Assembly (NCBI GenBank): GCA_963677895.2
Contig: CAXXGJ010000030.1
Coordinates: 1-45,621 of the forward strand
Direction of reading: 5' to 3'
DNA from: Treponemataceae bacterium
GTDB lineage: Bacteria; Spirochaetota; Spirochaetia; Treponematales; Rectinemataceae
DNA length: 45,621 nucleotides
Shown in pieces: positions 1 to 9,852 of the stretch. Positions within the stretch are counted from its first letter, which is position 1; each line of letters starts with the position of its first letter. The notes under the pieces were generated by a model that saw only the letters and a list, made by a program, of their open reading frames with translations, ran no database searches and was not told where the DNA came from. The translations under genes were made by a program, and so were the position numbers.

Positions 1-205
1 ACGGGACCATCAGCTAAAAAGCCAGATGGCCCTGTCTCAAATCCTTGCCCTCCGCCCTGCCCCCCTGTATCCCTTGATTAATTCCGGCCGTTATGCTTTC
101 TATTGAATAGAATAAAGTGAAAGATAGCGATTTTCATATCTTCTATCCGAAAATAAATTTGCTTTAGGGCAGGAAATACTTCTATACTGGAATCAAGGGA
201 AAAAA

Positions 206-738
206 ATGCCTGATTATGTAAACATGCAGGAATTTGAGCAGGTTGCCTCCTACACTGGCGCCTTTAAAGGCGTGGAAATTGATCTCCTCCATGAAACCCT
301 GCTTTCATGGAAAAGTTCCCCCGGAGATCCATATACCGTGCTCGAACTGCGCGACGGGAAAACCCTTGTCGCTTTTGCCATCATCGGCAGGATAAACGGA
401 AGAGAATCCACCTTTGACATCCGCTATATTGTCGTCGATAGGGACTATCGGTCGACGGAAGGCGGGAAACACCTGCTTGAAATGCTGGATGAAGACCTGC
501 TGAAAAAACACTCCTTTGCGGTAATCCGTCTCGAGACTTCCGGAAGAAACTGGAAAATTTAAAGCCCGAAGCCTTTCTGGAAGCCGGCTACAAGATGATC
601 GGGCATATACCTGGCTATTATGGCCAAGATGACGACTACTATTATCTCATAAAGACCGTCTATCGCCATCCGCCTAAGTTTTCGGAACCGATTGAGCCCC
701 ATAGCCAGACAGCCGCGCCTGAAGACAGCAAGGCATAG
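206..738 (+). CDS. GNAT-family N-acetyltransferase (host gene), split by a single-base frameshift near 548
   Basis: ORF 206-562 has the GNAT motif A region (IRYIVVDRDYRSTEGGKHLL). Another frame continues LENLKPEAFLEAGYKMIGHIPGYYGQDDDYYYL to TAG at 736-738, a typical GNAT C-terminus. Confidence 0.8.
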
Positions 739-779
739 TAATCTTTCCCTCCATCGCTTCTTCCTCGCCCGAAAACCGC

Positions 780-809
780 TTGATCTAAAACCTCGTAACC
801 TGGTATATT
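780..809 (+). promoter_or_regulatory. Putative sigma70 promoter of the tRNA
   Basis: TTGATC (780-785), 18 bp spacer, TATATT (804-809) preceded by TGn, 12 nt before the tRNA. Confidence 0.45.
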
Positions 810-821
810 CGTGCACGTATC

Positions 822-894
822 GCCGAGGTAGCTCACCAGGCAGAGCGGCGCACTCGTAATGCGCAGGTACCGGGTTCGATTCCCGGCTTCGGCT
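822..894 (+). tRNA. tRNA-Thr (anticodon CGT), CCA not encoded; probable prophage integration target
   Basis: Cloverleaf: GCCGAGG/CTTCGGC acceptor stem, GCTC/GAGC D stem, GCGCA-CTCGTAA-TGCGC anticodon arm, CCGGG-TTCGATT-CCCGG T arm. Confidence 0.95.
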
Positions 895-1061
895 AACGTA
901 TTCTTTTATGGCATTATGAGTTGCAGAAAAGCAATCCTTGGTGGGGACTGCTTGCATGAGCACTGTGAAATGAAAAGTGTGAAATGCATGCTTCCTGAAA
1001 GCCGGGATTGACCCGCTTCCAATACTCCGTATCTCTCGTCGAACGACGAAGGGGTGCCGAG

Positions 1062-2380
1062 ATGAACCAAGAACCATCCAATTTTCTCCTAAGACTGCGG
1101 GGCAAGTATTGGTATGTCTTATTTAAAATTCCCAACTCAGGAAGATGGACAACAGCAAAAAGTACGGCAACAAAGGACAAGCTTGAAGCGCTCGCGATCG
1201 TCATGGAATGGGCAAAAAACGGAATTCCAGCACGTAAGTCTAAATCAAAGATAGAATTACGGGAATATCTGAAAAGTGAGAGCATTCTATCAGCCGTCAA
1301 AAAAGCGTCGCTCCTGAAGGAAGAGGCTGAAGAAATCGTTAAAATCCTCGAATCTCGCGGCCTCGTCAACGTTCTGCCAAGGGTAGCGAACCCCGGCGAT
1401 ATGGAATTCCTGTCCTTCCTTGAAAACTTCTGGAACTATGAAAAATCCACCTATGTAAAAGATCGCCTCGTGCACAAGAAATCCATCACAAAAAAACATT
1501 GTTACGACATGGCACACCGGCTTACGCATTGGGAAGCATTCAGAGGAAGGATGATGTCATCGATCACCGAACTAGAACTGAAAGAACTCTGTGTGCAGCT
1601 ATCGGATAAAGGACTTGCCGATGCAAGCATTAACAAGACCATGCTCGCCGGCACCACACCGCTAAAATGGGCCAAGAAAAACAAGATGATAACCAGCAAT
1701 CCCGCAGAGAGCCTGGAAAGGATCTCCGAAACCAATGAGGAACGGGGGATACTGACCGATGAAGAGGTACAGAAGTTATTCTCTATAGCTGTCTGGAAAG
1801 ACGAGATGGCGAGAGTGGGGAATATCCTGGCATGCACGACAGGGCTTCGGCTTGGAGAATGCCTGGGAATACAGAGAATTAATATAAAGGAATCCTCGCT
1901 GGAAGTATGGAACTGGACCGAGATGGATGGCAGGAAGAAGCCCAAGAACAACAAGCTGCGAATCGTGCCATTGATGAAGGAGATCAGGAATGAACTCCTG
2001 ATGCTTCTGAAAAAGAACCCTCATGACAAGAGCGATACCAACTATTTATTTTATGGGACCGAGCCGGACAAGCCTGCCTTGGGGGACAGCATGCTGAACG
2101 GACTCGTGAGTGCCTTGGAAAGCATAGGAATCAGCGACAAGCAGAGAAAAGAACGAAACATTGACTTCCATTCCTGGAGACACTATTACACGAGCAATGT
2201 CTGCCTCTACGTGGACGAGAAAAAGCTGAAAACCGTAACCGGACATAATAGCTCAGCAGTATTCAATGTCTATGCGGGCATAAGAAGGAAGTCGACGTGC
2301 TCGCCGTAGCTGCTGCAACAAAAAAGGCTTTCGTGAAGATTCTCAGGAGAGAAAAAGAGATGACTAAGGCAGTAGCTTAA
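1062..2380 (+). CDS. int: Tyrosine integrase; frameshift near 2277 just after the catalytic Tyr
   Basis: Motifs TGLRLGE, K (KKPKN), FHSWRH, TGH, VY. The shifted frame continues HKKEVDVLAVAAATKKAFVKILRREKEMTKAVA to TAA at 2378-2380. Confidence 0.9.
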
Positions 2381-2432
2381 GCGTTGCATAGCCAAGAAAG
2401 AGAGGATACTATAATTATACCTCTCCCAACTT

Positions 2433-2939
2433 ATGAAAACCTCAGATAATATAGTTGTGCCCTTATCGGACATCGCTTTCGACATCGTAGGTGGATTATC
2501 GATGTTTCCGAACTACCCCTGTGCGAGGATCATCATCGACGGAAAACCCTTTGTGGAGATGGTGGCTGCCTTCGAAACGAAGATGCTCGAAGGAGACAAG
2601 GAAGCCGAACTTGCCGGAAGCTACTGGTATCTTCATCCGAATGCCCTGATCGAGTACCTTGAGGGCGACGGATATGGTGACATCCACCGCATAGCCCTAC
2701 TCGCTTGTACCTGCCTCGATGAGGACTGCTGGCCCTTGGTATGCAGCATGGAGAAACAGGAAAAGTACATCATATGGTACGATTTCTTCCAGCCGCACAG
2801 GAGAAAATGGAACTATTCGGGATTCGGGCCTTTTGCATTCGAAAAGTATCAGCTTAGCGAGGCTCTTGAGGAGTTGAAGAATTCACGCTCCAGGTCGTCC
2901 TCGTTGCCCGCAAGAAGGTCCCATGCCACATCGAGATAG
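2433..2939 (+). CDS. Hypothetical protein with a CTC-x4-CWP motif
   Basis: 168-aa ORF, TATAAT upstream at 2409-2414, conserved-looking LLACTCLDEDCWPL...IIWYDF...YSGFGPFAF segment. Confidence 0.6.
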   Translation: MKTSDNIVVPLSDIAFDIVGGLSMFPNYPCARIIIDGKPFVEMVAAFETKMLEGDKEAELAGSYWYLHPNALIEYLEGDGYGDIHRIALLACTCLDEDCWPLVCSMEKQEKYIIWYDFFQPHRRKWNYSGFGPFAFEKYQLSEALEELKNSRSRSSSLPARRSHATSR

Positions 2940-3426
2940 CCGGCGGTAAAAGGATGGCGGAAGAAGGCGAGATCGGGAGGTCTGCCCAGCCTGATGCGGT
3001 CAAGGCCATCCGCATCCTTCAGGAGGGCGGTGAGCGATCCTTGCGAATAGGGAACCGGAGGATCGCGCCGCGAATGTGCTTCCACCGCTTCGCCTATAGC
3101 GGTCCATTCATTCTCCGGAGCTTGAATCCCAGGAAATATTTTTCGGCGATAGTGCGCTTGGTGTCCCTCGCCCACTTGCCATGTTCATAGCAGAGGCCAT
3201 CGTGCTTTCGCGCGAGGTCGTGGATGAGAGCTGCCGTCATCAAATTGATATAAAAGGGTTCGGCGACGGGCAATCCTTCCTTGACGGCTCGAGTGTAGAG
3301 CTGATCGGAAAGGATCATGACTCTGAGAGTGTGACCTTTGCCGTGTATTTCGCTGTGATGGTCGAACCAGGTGGGGTCAATGTGAAAATGAAGGGGGAGC
3401 TTCCACGGGGGAGATGCGGTTGGCAT
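2849..3426 (-). CDS. HD-domain phosphohydrolase, frameshift near 3118
   Basis: HGKGHTLRV...LIHDLARKHDG..EHG in ORF 3094-3426 joins EAHS...LLKDADGLDRIR in ORF 2849-3175. Confidence 0.8.
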
Positions 3427-3495
3427 AAAGCCAAGATAGCATGGATTAGCGATGATAGTGGACTATAATGACTCCCTGTAACGCCGAACAGCTAG

Positions 3496-3657
3496 TCATG
3501 AGTGTGGAAAAAGCACTTGGGTTCTTTCTTGGCCTTGGTATTTCAGGTAATACCTAATGGTTTGTTCGCTCTTGCCAATCGTTTCGGCAATCTCTTTCTG
3601 CGTAAACACTTTGACTTGCAGTAGTCGTGTTTCAAGCATACGATGATCCTTATCCAT
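3496..3657 (-). pseudogene. 53-aa HTH ORF resembling the N-terminus of an IS21 IstA-type transposase (remnant)
   Basis: Manual translation MDKDHRMLETRLLQVKVFTQKEIAETIGKSEQTIRYYLKYQ...; HTH signature, no DDE domain follows. Confidence 0.4.
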
Positions 3658-4150
3658 GGGGTTCTTCTTGGGTGTCTGGCGTGTTTTGTCACCCCCATTT
3701 TACCCAAGGCTAGACCCCTTTTCTTTAGGACAGGAACCGGCTATTTCTCGTCGGCGATTCCGGCAATTTATCATCGGCTACGACACTCTTGCGATACAAC
3801 ATTCTGAAAAGGCTTTCATTCGAGACACTTTCTGCGAAGGTAAACGTGATCAAGGCGGATTCTGCCCGGTTGATGCAATCCAGCACCGTTTGCTTGTTTG
3901 GCTGCAAACTGCTGAAAATGGATTGTGCGCCGAATCCCTTCGCCTTCATGCGAAGATTCCCAGTAGTACGTCATGAGCGCCCCTCTTGTGATGTAGTTAC
4001 GCGCTTGAACGAGTTAATACACACTGTAAAAGATCTGCTCAAACAAAGAAAATGTTACTTGGTGCAGGCAAGTGAGGATATCGGTGCACATCGGTCCTGA
4101 ACACTGATGCAGTGACTCCGCAAAACTCATAAGAAATTAATTTTTCTATT

Positions 4151-5941
4151 TTACATCTCTGCAATTCCTTCTGAAATTGGAGAATAACAGTGTTGCTTAA
4201 CAAGAGTCCAACATTCTGGCTTTTTTGCCCATTCTGATAACATTTTCCCATTTGCAGTATCATGCAATACTATATTAATTTCCTTTGCCCAAGTAATTAA
4301 TTGTTTTTGTAATCCATTGCTTATATCTTGATTAGTCCAGATAAGGTTTAAATTAATTCTATCTCCATACATATAAGATAAAAAAGACACTACATACGTT
4401 GTAATATTTGCTTGAAATGCAGGGAATATAGGTCTTATAAGATTCTGTAATTTTTTATAAATGATTGTTTTTGCTATCATTGATTTATATTCTAATACAT
4501 CAGGAAGTTTAATTTGATTATTTTCATTCTCCTTAGATAACATATTCATAAAATGCTCAAAATTTTTCTGAGAACCAAGACTTACAGTATCAGGTTTTTG
4601 GTTCCATGCATTCAAATATTTTGCTAAATCTGTTTTTGTAATTTTTCTTGATGAAGGAATGACTACATTTTTAAGATTTTTTAATTTCGCAGGAGTTGTA
4701 CCTTCTCTAGCAAGCATTGTATTATAACTACCAGTAGCTCTTTCATAGAACCATCGTCCAACGCCATTTGGACAATAAGTTGTCATTGACAATTTTTCAA
4801 TTTCGATATGATAAGGTTTATTAGCAGAAAGATCAGAAGCTTTAACTGAATTTTGGCTATTAGAGTACTTCGAAATATCTGAGATTAGTGATTGTTCAAG
4901 TTCAGCGTCTTGTAGTTTCAAAATAATAATTTTTACAGGAATTTTAATAGAACTAAGATCAGTATTTGGGTACTTTTTTTTAGTAAAATAGATAGATGCA
5001 GTTGTTTGTCCTCCATTGACAATTTGCATTCCTTTTAGTCCTAAAAGTCCTATGCTTCCATTTGTTGTAATATTGAATTGAGCTTCATCTGCAACAATTA
5101 CTATTCCGTTATTGAAAGCCATAAATTTTTGTGGATCGTTTTGAATAGTATCTCGTATGTTCCTATTAACTTTTCCTGTAATACTTAAAAACGAGCGTAC
5201 ATTTGCTTCAAGAAGTCTAGCTCCATATTTTTCATAAAGATAAAACAAAACTTCTCCTGGAATTACTGTTAGTGCATAATCATATTCGACTATTTCTCCA
5301 GGTACGTATACGCAAGGAAGTGAAGATCCAGCTACTTGTTCAAAATTTATTAGTATTTCATCTCTAGGTTTACCTTCTGATAAATGCCTATAAAGTCTTT
5401 CGATATCCATCACTTCTAATTTTATTGTTTTTCCACTTATTTCTCTTGACTTAAAGTTTTTAGAATTTGCTTTTCTATCTGTTAGTACATAGATTCTTAT
5501 TTGTTCAAGGTTGCGATATGATGATTGAATTGTTGTTGATAATATATAAGCATCATTAGATTCATCCATTACTGTAGTAAGTTTACCTTCAACACATTTA
5601 GCAAAAAAATGAAGGCATTGTTCAGCTGCTCTTTTTGTTTCAGTGTCAGAAATTAATTCAACATTTATTTTATTTCCATAAAGACTTACAAATAGATCAA
5701 TTTGATCAGTATCTTCTGAGATGGCATATCCGCTAAGCCTAAGATTTGTATTACCAAGTTGAGCCGAATAATGGCAGATAGTGGGTTCAAATGTCATTCC
5801 AATTTCAAACATATGTTGCATAACAATTTCAGAGAAAATCAATTCCTTATAAGGGAAACTCTCACCACTTTTTCCAATACGATCTTCAACTAGAGTATCA
5901 ACTTCGTTTTGTGTATTAATAAGAAATTCTGTTAGATTCAT
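4151..5941 (-). CDS. mzaE: AIPR family protein (MzaE-like)
   Basis: LLEANVRSFL, FMAFNNGIVI, QIVNGGQTTASI and SNSQN motifs; last gene of the ATPase-Z1-DUF4420-AIPR operon. Confidence 0.9.
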   Translation of the reverse strand: MNLTEFLINTQNEVDTLVEDRIGKSGESFPYKELIFSEIVMQHMFEIGMTFEPTICHYSAQLGNTNLRLSGYAISEDTDQIDLFVSLYGNKINVELISDTETKRAAEQCLHFFAKCVEGKLTTVMDESNDAYILSTTIQSSYRNLEQIRIYVLTDRKANSKNFKSREISGKTIKLEVMDIERLYRHLSEGKPRDEILINFEQVAGSSLPCVYVPGEIVEYDYALTVIPGEVLFYLYEKYGARLLEANVRSFLSITGKVNRNIRDTIQNDPQKFMAFNNGIVIVADEAQFNITTNGSIGLLGLKGMQIVNGGQTTASIYFTKKKYPNTDLSSIKIPVKIIILKLQDAELEQSLISDISKYSNSQNSVKASDLSANKPYHIEIEKLSMTTYCPNGVGRWFYERATGSYNTMLAREGTTPAKLKNLKNVVIPSSRKITKTDLAKYLNAWNQKPDTVSLGSQKNFEHFMNMLSKENENNQIKLPDVLEYKSMIAKTIIYKKLQNLIRPIFPAFQANITTYVVSFLSYMYGDRINLNLIWTNQDISNGLQKQLITWAKEINIVLHDTANGKMLSEWAKKPECWTLVKQHCYSPISEGIAEM

Positions 5942-5943
5942 TT

Positions 5944-6966
5944 TTATTCCTTCTGTAATATTGATAATATTTCATGCATAGGGATTCCGATTGTTGTAAT
6001 CATATTAATATTTATTTCATAACTAACTTTTTTAATTTGAATTGGTACATTCGAAGTAGTAAGTTTAGGAAAATCGTTCGAAACCTGTAAGATTCTTTGA
6101 TTGGTAAGCAGATATCTATGATTATACATATTCCCATCTTTTACTATTAATCCTGCATGAATAAGCTTACTATCATAAATTGAAGTTGAAAGTAAGTCAC
6201 CGCTAAAATAATTTCTGATTTCCATTGCTCGTTCTGGTAATGTTTTTCCAGAAAGATCAATAGAAAATCGCATAGTAGCTATAAAGAGAGGGTTAACTAT
6301 TGAGTCATCGAGCTGCTCAAGAGAGCCAATATGTACAAAGAAATCAATTGGTAAGTCTGTACTTTTTACTTCTATTGCACCTTTACCGAATTTAAAGTCT
6401 TGAATACCATGAATAGGCCCTTCCCATGATTTTACAGTATCAGCTGGGGAATTTCCTGCTTCAATCAACGAAGCCATTACTTCAATTTCTCCGTAAAGAC
6501 CAATCTCTTCTTCTTGTGATAATATGTAATTGCTGTTTCGCTTCATAAAGTCTTGCCAAGCTATAATTCTAGCGAATATTGCTTTTTCGATTTCCTCATC
6601 ATTTCGATTTAAATTATTTTCAATTAATCGAATTATATCAGCGGACATCTTTGAAAAAAAATCAATATTTCCGTTATTTTGGCGAAAAATTGTAATCCAA
6701 TTAAATGAGGCTGGTTTCTCGATTAACTTAATATTCTTAACAAAAAATCCGTTTCCTTGGGGTAGATCGCTCGGTACATTAAGGTTAAATAATGAAAATC
6801 CTATAAGTAATGTTTCTTCATTTTCTGGAGATATTCGTCCTGCAAGAATTGGATGTAAACTAGTATTGTTTATTTTTATTGTTTGCATTCCTGTTTTTTC
6901 TTGAGATGATGATAGGGCTCTCCAAGCACTTAGTAACTCGAATTCATAACTATTCTGCTGGTCCAT
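5944..6966 (-). CDS. mzaD: DUF4420 PD-(D/E)XK-like nuclease (MzaD-like)
   Basis: GLYGE...WEGP..IQDF...AIEVKST...IGSLEQLD motifs; probable start MDQQ overlaps the Z1 stop. Confidence 0.85.
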   Translation of the reverse strand: MDQQNSYEFELLSAWRALSSSQEKTGMQTIKINNTSLHPILAGRISPENEETLLIGFSLFNLNVPSDLPQGNGFFVKNIKLIEKPASFNWITIFRQNNGNIDFFSKMSADIIRLIENNLNRNDEEIEKAIFARIIAWQDFMKRNSNYILSQEEEIGLYGEIEVMASLIEAGNSPADTVKSWEGPIHGIQDFKFGKGAIEVKSTDLPIDFFVHIGSLEQLDDSIVNPLFIATMRFSIDLSGKTLPERAMEIRNYFSGDLLSTSIYDSKLIHAGLIVKDGNMYNHRYLLTNQRILQVSNDFPKLTTSNVPIQIKKVSYEININMITTIGIPMHEILSILQKE

Positions 6967-9835
6967 ATTCTTGCTCCCATAGAACATTATTTACTTTATA
7001 GCTAATCTTTTTGCCGGATGAACTACCTGGAAAGCTAACTCCAAATGCAATGACAGGAGGTGTTTCTGCTGAAAAATCTGCATCAGCTTGAATTGGATCT
7101 AGGGCATATAAAAGAAGCAATCCATTTTTGGGATGCCCATAATTTAATGAAGATGTACTAAATCCTCGTATATGTCGAATTGAAGGACCGTTTGGTTGGT
7201 TAGGTATTTCTTTTCCCCTATTTCGAATTGGATCTGAATGGTAACTTATTTTTGTAAAATCTAATGCGGCTTGCCATTCTTGTGCGGTCAAGCCAATCAT
7301 CTCATCTCTGGGAGATAAAAGCCTACCAATTGAATATCGATTAGTTATATTTTTATTTGCACTTCGCTTCATCATTGGAATAATGATATTAGGAGAAATT
7401 TTAATCTCTTTACCTCCATAACTTCCAATTAATGCAATGTTCCAATTAACTAATTCTGATTCAGTTACCATTTTTTGAATAAAGTCGATAATCGCATAGC
7501 TATTTACTTTATATGCTTCAGGATGCGTATTATATGCATTAAAAAAATCAATAATAAAACTATAACTTATATTTTCCCAATAATAACCAGTCCATTCATA
7601 ATTAAAATTTGGGACGTTTAAGCTAGGGATTTTTGATGAATCGCCAATAGATTCAAGCAGGTGCTTAAGTGCTTGAAGATTTTTGTCTAAATTATCATTT
7701 TCATTAAAAAAAGAAACTGTTTCAAGAAGTTGCCCACTGAATGAGATTTGTAAATCCTTGGCGGTACGCATTTTTAGTCTAGACGTTATTAAAAGAACAG
7801 GATGCGATTGTACTTTTAAACCATATTCTCTTGGAGTAGCTTTTATTGCAGCCATTTTATCAAATTCTTCTCTTAGTTCTTCTGAAGCTTCGGTTATATG
7901 TCCAAACCATTCTATTAATTCAGTAGTTGTATACAAGCGACAAAGATCAAAATATTTTGGTCGATAGCCGAACCATCTTCCCATTTGCATTAAAGTATCA
8001 TACATTTTTGAAGCTCGTAAAAAGTAACTCGTGCACAGTCCTTCAAGTGTCAATCCTCTGGATAGTTTATCACCGCCTATTACGATTGTTTTTAATCCAA
8101 TAGTTTCGTTTTCTTCATAATTTAGAACATCTCGAGCAGATCCATTTATCATTTTTATTTCAATTTCTTCAATTGTTTTATATATTGCACTTTCAATTTC
8201 AGCCCAAGATGCCATTTTTAAAGGCTGTTGAATTCTTTTTTGTTCTTCAAGATATTCAAATGAAGGTATAAAATCTCTTTCAAATAAAAAGCGTATTCTC
8301 GCTAGTATAGGAAAGCTATCTTGATTTCTCTGTAAACGTTGACGTAATTTATTGAAATGTTTTTCTACTTGATTTAAGACTTCTTGCTGTACTGCAACGA
8401 ACCGAGTAACATGAATTAGCATTGAACAATGTTCTTTACCATCACCTCGAGTTTTCCTAATTGCACATGTGAGGATAAAGGAATCTATCGCTTCAATTAG
8501 CGAAAGTGGTAATGAATTTGAGCCTTCAAAAATTGGAATATGTCCGCTATGATGACTATTAGGCATCCATCCAGACGTATTTGATTTATCTATAAAATCA
8601 GATACTACCCTTATCAAACTTCGATTTGTGCCTAGATCTTGTTGAGTATCAGCATTAAAATACCATGAAGGTCCAAAATAATCCGACGAAGAAGCTAAAT
8701 TGATAATAAAAGATGATGGGAAAAGGTCTAAACCTTCATGGGAAGTTTCTGCTTTTTCATGTATAAATATATTTGCAAATGGAGTTGCTGTATATCCCAC
8801 ATACGCCGATCTAGAAAAAGAAAATAAAATTCTTCGAATAAGCTTATTTATAGTAGTTGGTTGATGTTCAAGATCTGGTGTTCCGCTTTCATCAATTACT
8901 AATTCTTGTGTATCAACAGAAGCATTATCAGCTTCGTCATCTATCATTAGTAAAGGTAATTTTGTTACAACTTTTTTTACAATAGGTAGGCCGTCTATTA
9001 TACCACTTTCAAGGTTGAGTAAAGGCCCTGGAGCATCAGCAACATGGTTTTGAATCCATTTTAGAAGCTCACGTAAGACTGTTTTATTTTTTTTAACAAC
9101 AAACAGCCAAGGTCGTTGCTCTGGTGTTATAGCTAGATGATTGGCAATTTTAACGTTAAAATCACCTTTTTCCGAACGTATTGTCGCGCAATTTGTTGCA
9201 ATACTACTATCAATTTTTCCTACACCAATATAATCCCCTTTCATAGTGCTCGCTACTGTTCTATATCCAAGAAAACCTTCTTCAAGACGAATCTGAGTTT
9301 GAGTACGCAAATTATTATGCAAACCAGCCAATACTATAATAATCTTATAGCCTGCATCCGCTGCTTTACAAATTAGTCCAATATAATGAGCGGTTTTCCC
9401 TGATTGTATATTTCCAACTATCAAACCTCTGCGAGTCCAAGGACTTTCTCTTGACGGATTTTCTAATAATCCTAATGTTGTATCAGTCGATCTATCAAGA
9501 GAATCGATTGTATCTGAAGAAATATTTTGTTCTTCATATTCTCTGTATCTTTGCCAATAACGCCACTCTTTTTTTCTTTCAATAGAAAGCCATGGTGAAT
9601 GTCCGAAATTATTTTGTATAAATACATCGATTCCTGTCCAAACACTATATCTTCGGATAAGTTCATCAATAATTTCAGATTTACTTATTTCTTCAGCCCA
9701 TTGGTGATTAAGCATAATAACCTTATCAATGTTTTCTATTATAATAGCTGGAGTAATCTCCTTCGGTATATTCTTATCTTCTAATAAAGCTTGAACAATT
9801 TTTATTACTTTTATTGACGTATCTGATAATGCCAT
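6950..9835 (-). CDS. mzaC: Z1-domain protein with helicase-like N-terminus (MzaC-like)
   Basis: GNIQSGKT Walker A, IDDEADNAS, GYTATPFAN, GGDKLSRGLTLEGL, DTLMQMGRWFGYR. Confidence 0.92.
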   Translation of the reverse strand: MALSDTSIKVIKIVQALLEDKNIPKEITPAIIIENIDKVIMLNHQWAEEISKSEIIDELIRRYSVWTGIDVFIQNNFGHSPWLSIERKKEWRYWQRYREYEEQNISSDTIDSLDRSTDTTLGLLENPSRESPWTRRGLIVGNIQSGKTAHYIGLICKAADAGYKIIIVLAGLHNNLRTQTQIRLEEGFLGYRTVASTMKGDYIGVGKIDSSIATNCATIRSEKGDFNVKIANHLAITPEQRPWLFVVKKNKTVLRELLKWIQNHVADAPGPLLNLESGIIDGLPIVKKVVTKLPLLMIDDEADNASVDTQELVIDESGTPDLEHQPTTINKLIRRILFSFSRSAYVGYTATPFANIFIHEKAETSHEGLDLFPSSFIINLASSSDYFGPSWYFNADTQQDLGTNRSLIRVVSDFIDKSNTSGWMPNSHHSGHIPIFEGSNSLPLSLIEAIDSFILTCAIRKTRGDGKEHCSMLIHVTRFVAVQQEVLNQVEKHFNKLRQRLQRNQDSFPILARIRFLFERDFIPSFEYLEEQKRIQQPLKMASWAEIESAIYKTIEEIEIKMINGSARDVLNYEENETIGLKTIVIGGDKLSRGLTLEGLCTSYFLRASKMYDTLMQMGRWFGYRPKYFDLCRLYTTTELIEWFGHITEASEELREEFDKMAAIKATPREYGLKVQSHPVLLITSRLKMRTAKDLQISFSGQLLETVSFFNENDNLDKNLQALKHLLESIGDSSKIPSLNVPNFNYEWTGYYWENISYSFIIDFFNAYNTHPEAYKVNSYAIIDFIQKMVTESELVNWNIALIGSYGGKEIKISPNIIIPMMKRSANKNITNRYSIGRLLSPRDEMIGLTAQEWQAALDFTKISYHSDPIRNRGKEIPNQPNGPSIRHIRGFSTSSLNYGHPKNGLLLLYALDPIQADADFSAETPPVIAFGVSFPGSSSGKKISYKVNNVLWEQEYGPAE

Positions 9836-9852
9836 ATAAAAACCTCTTCAAA

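Noticed and set aside
891..897. GGCTAAC at the tRNA 3' end, same as the attC end
   Set aside because: A 7-mer formed by the acceptor stem with no attC structure; likely chance.
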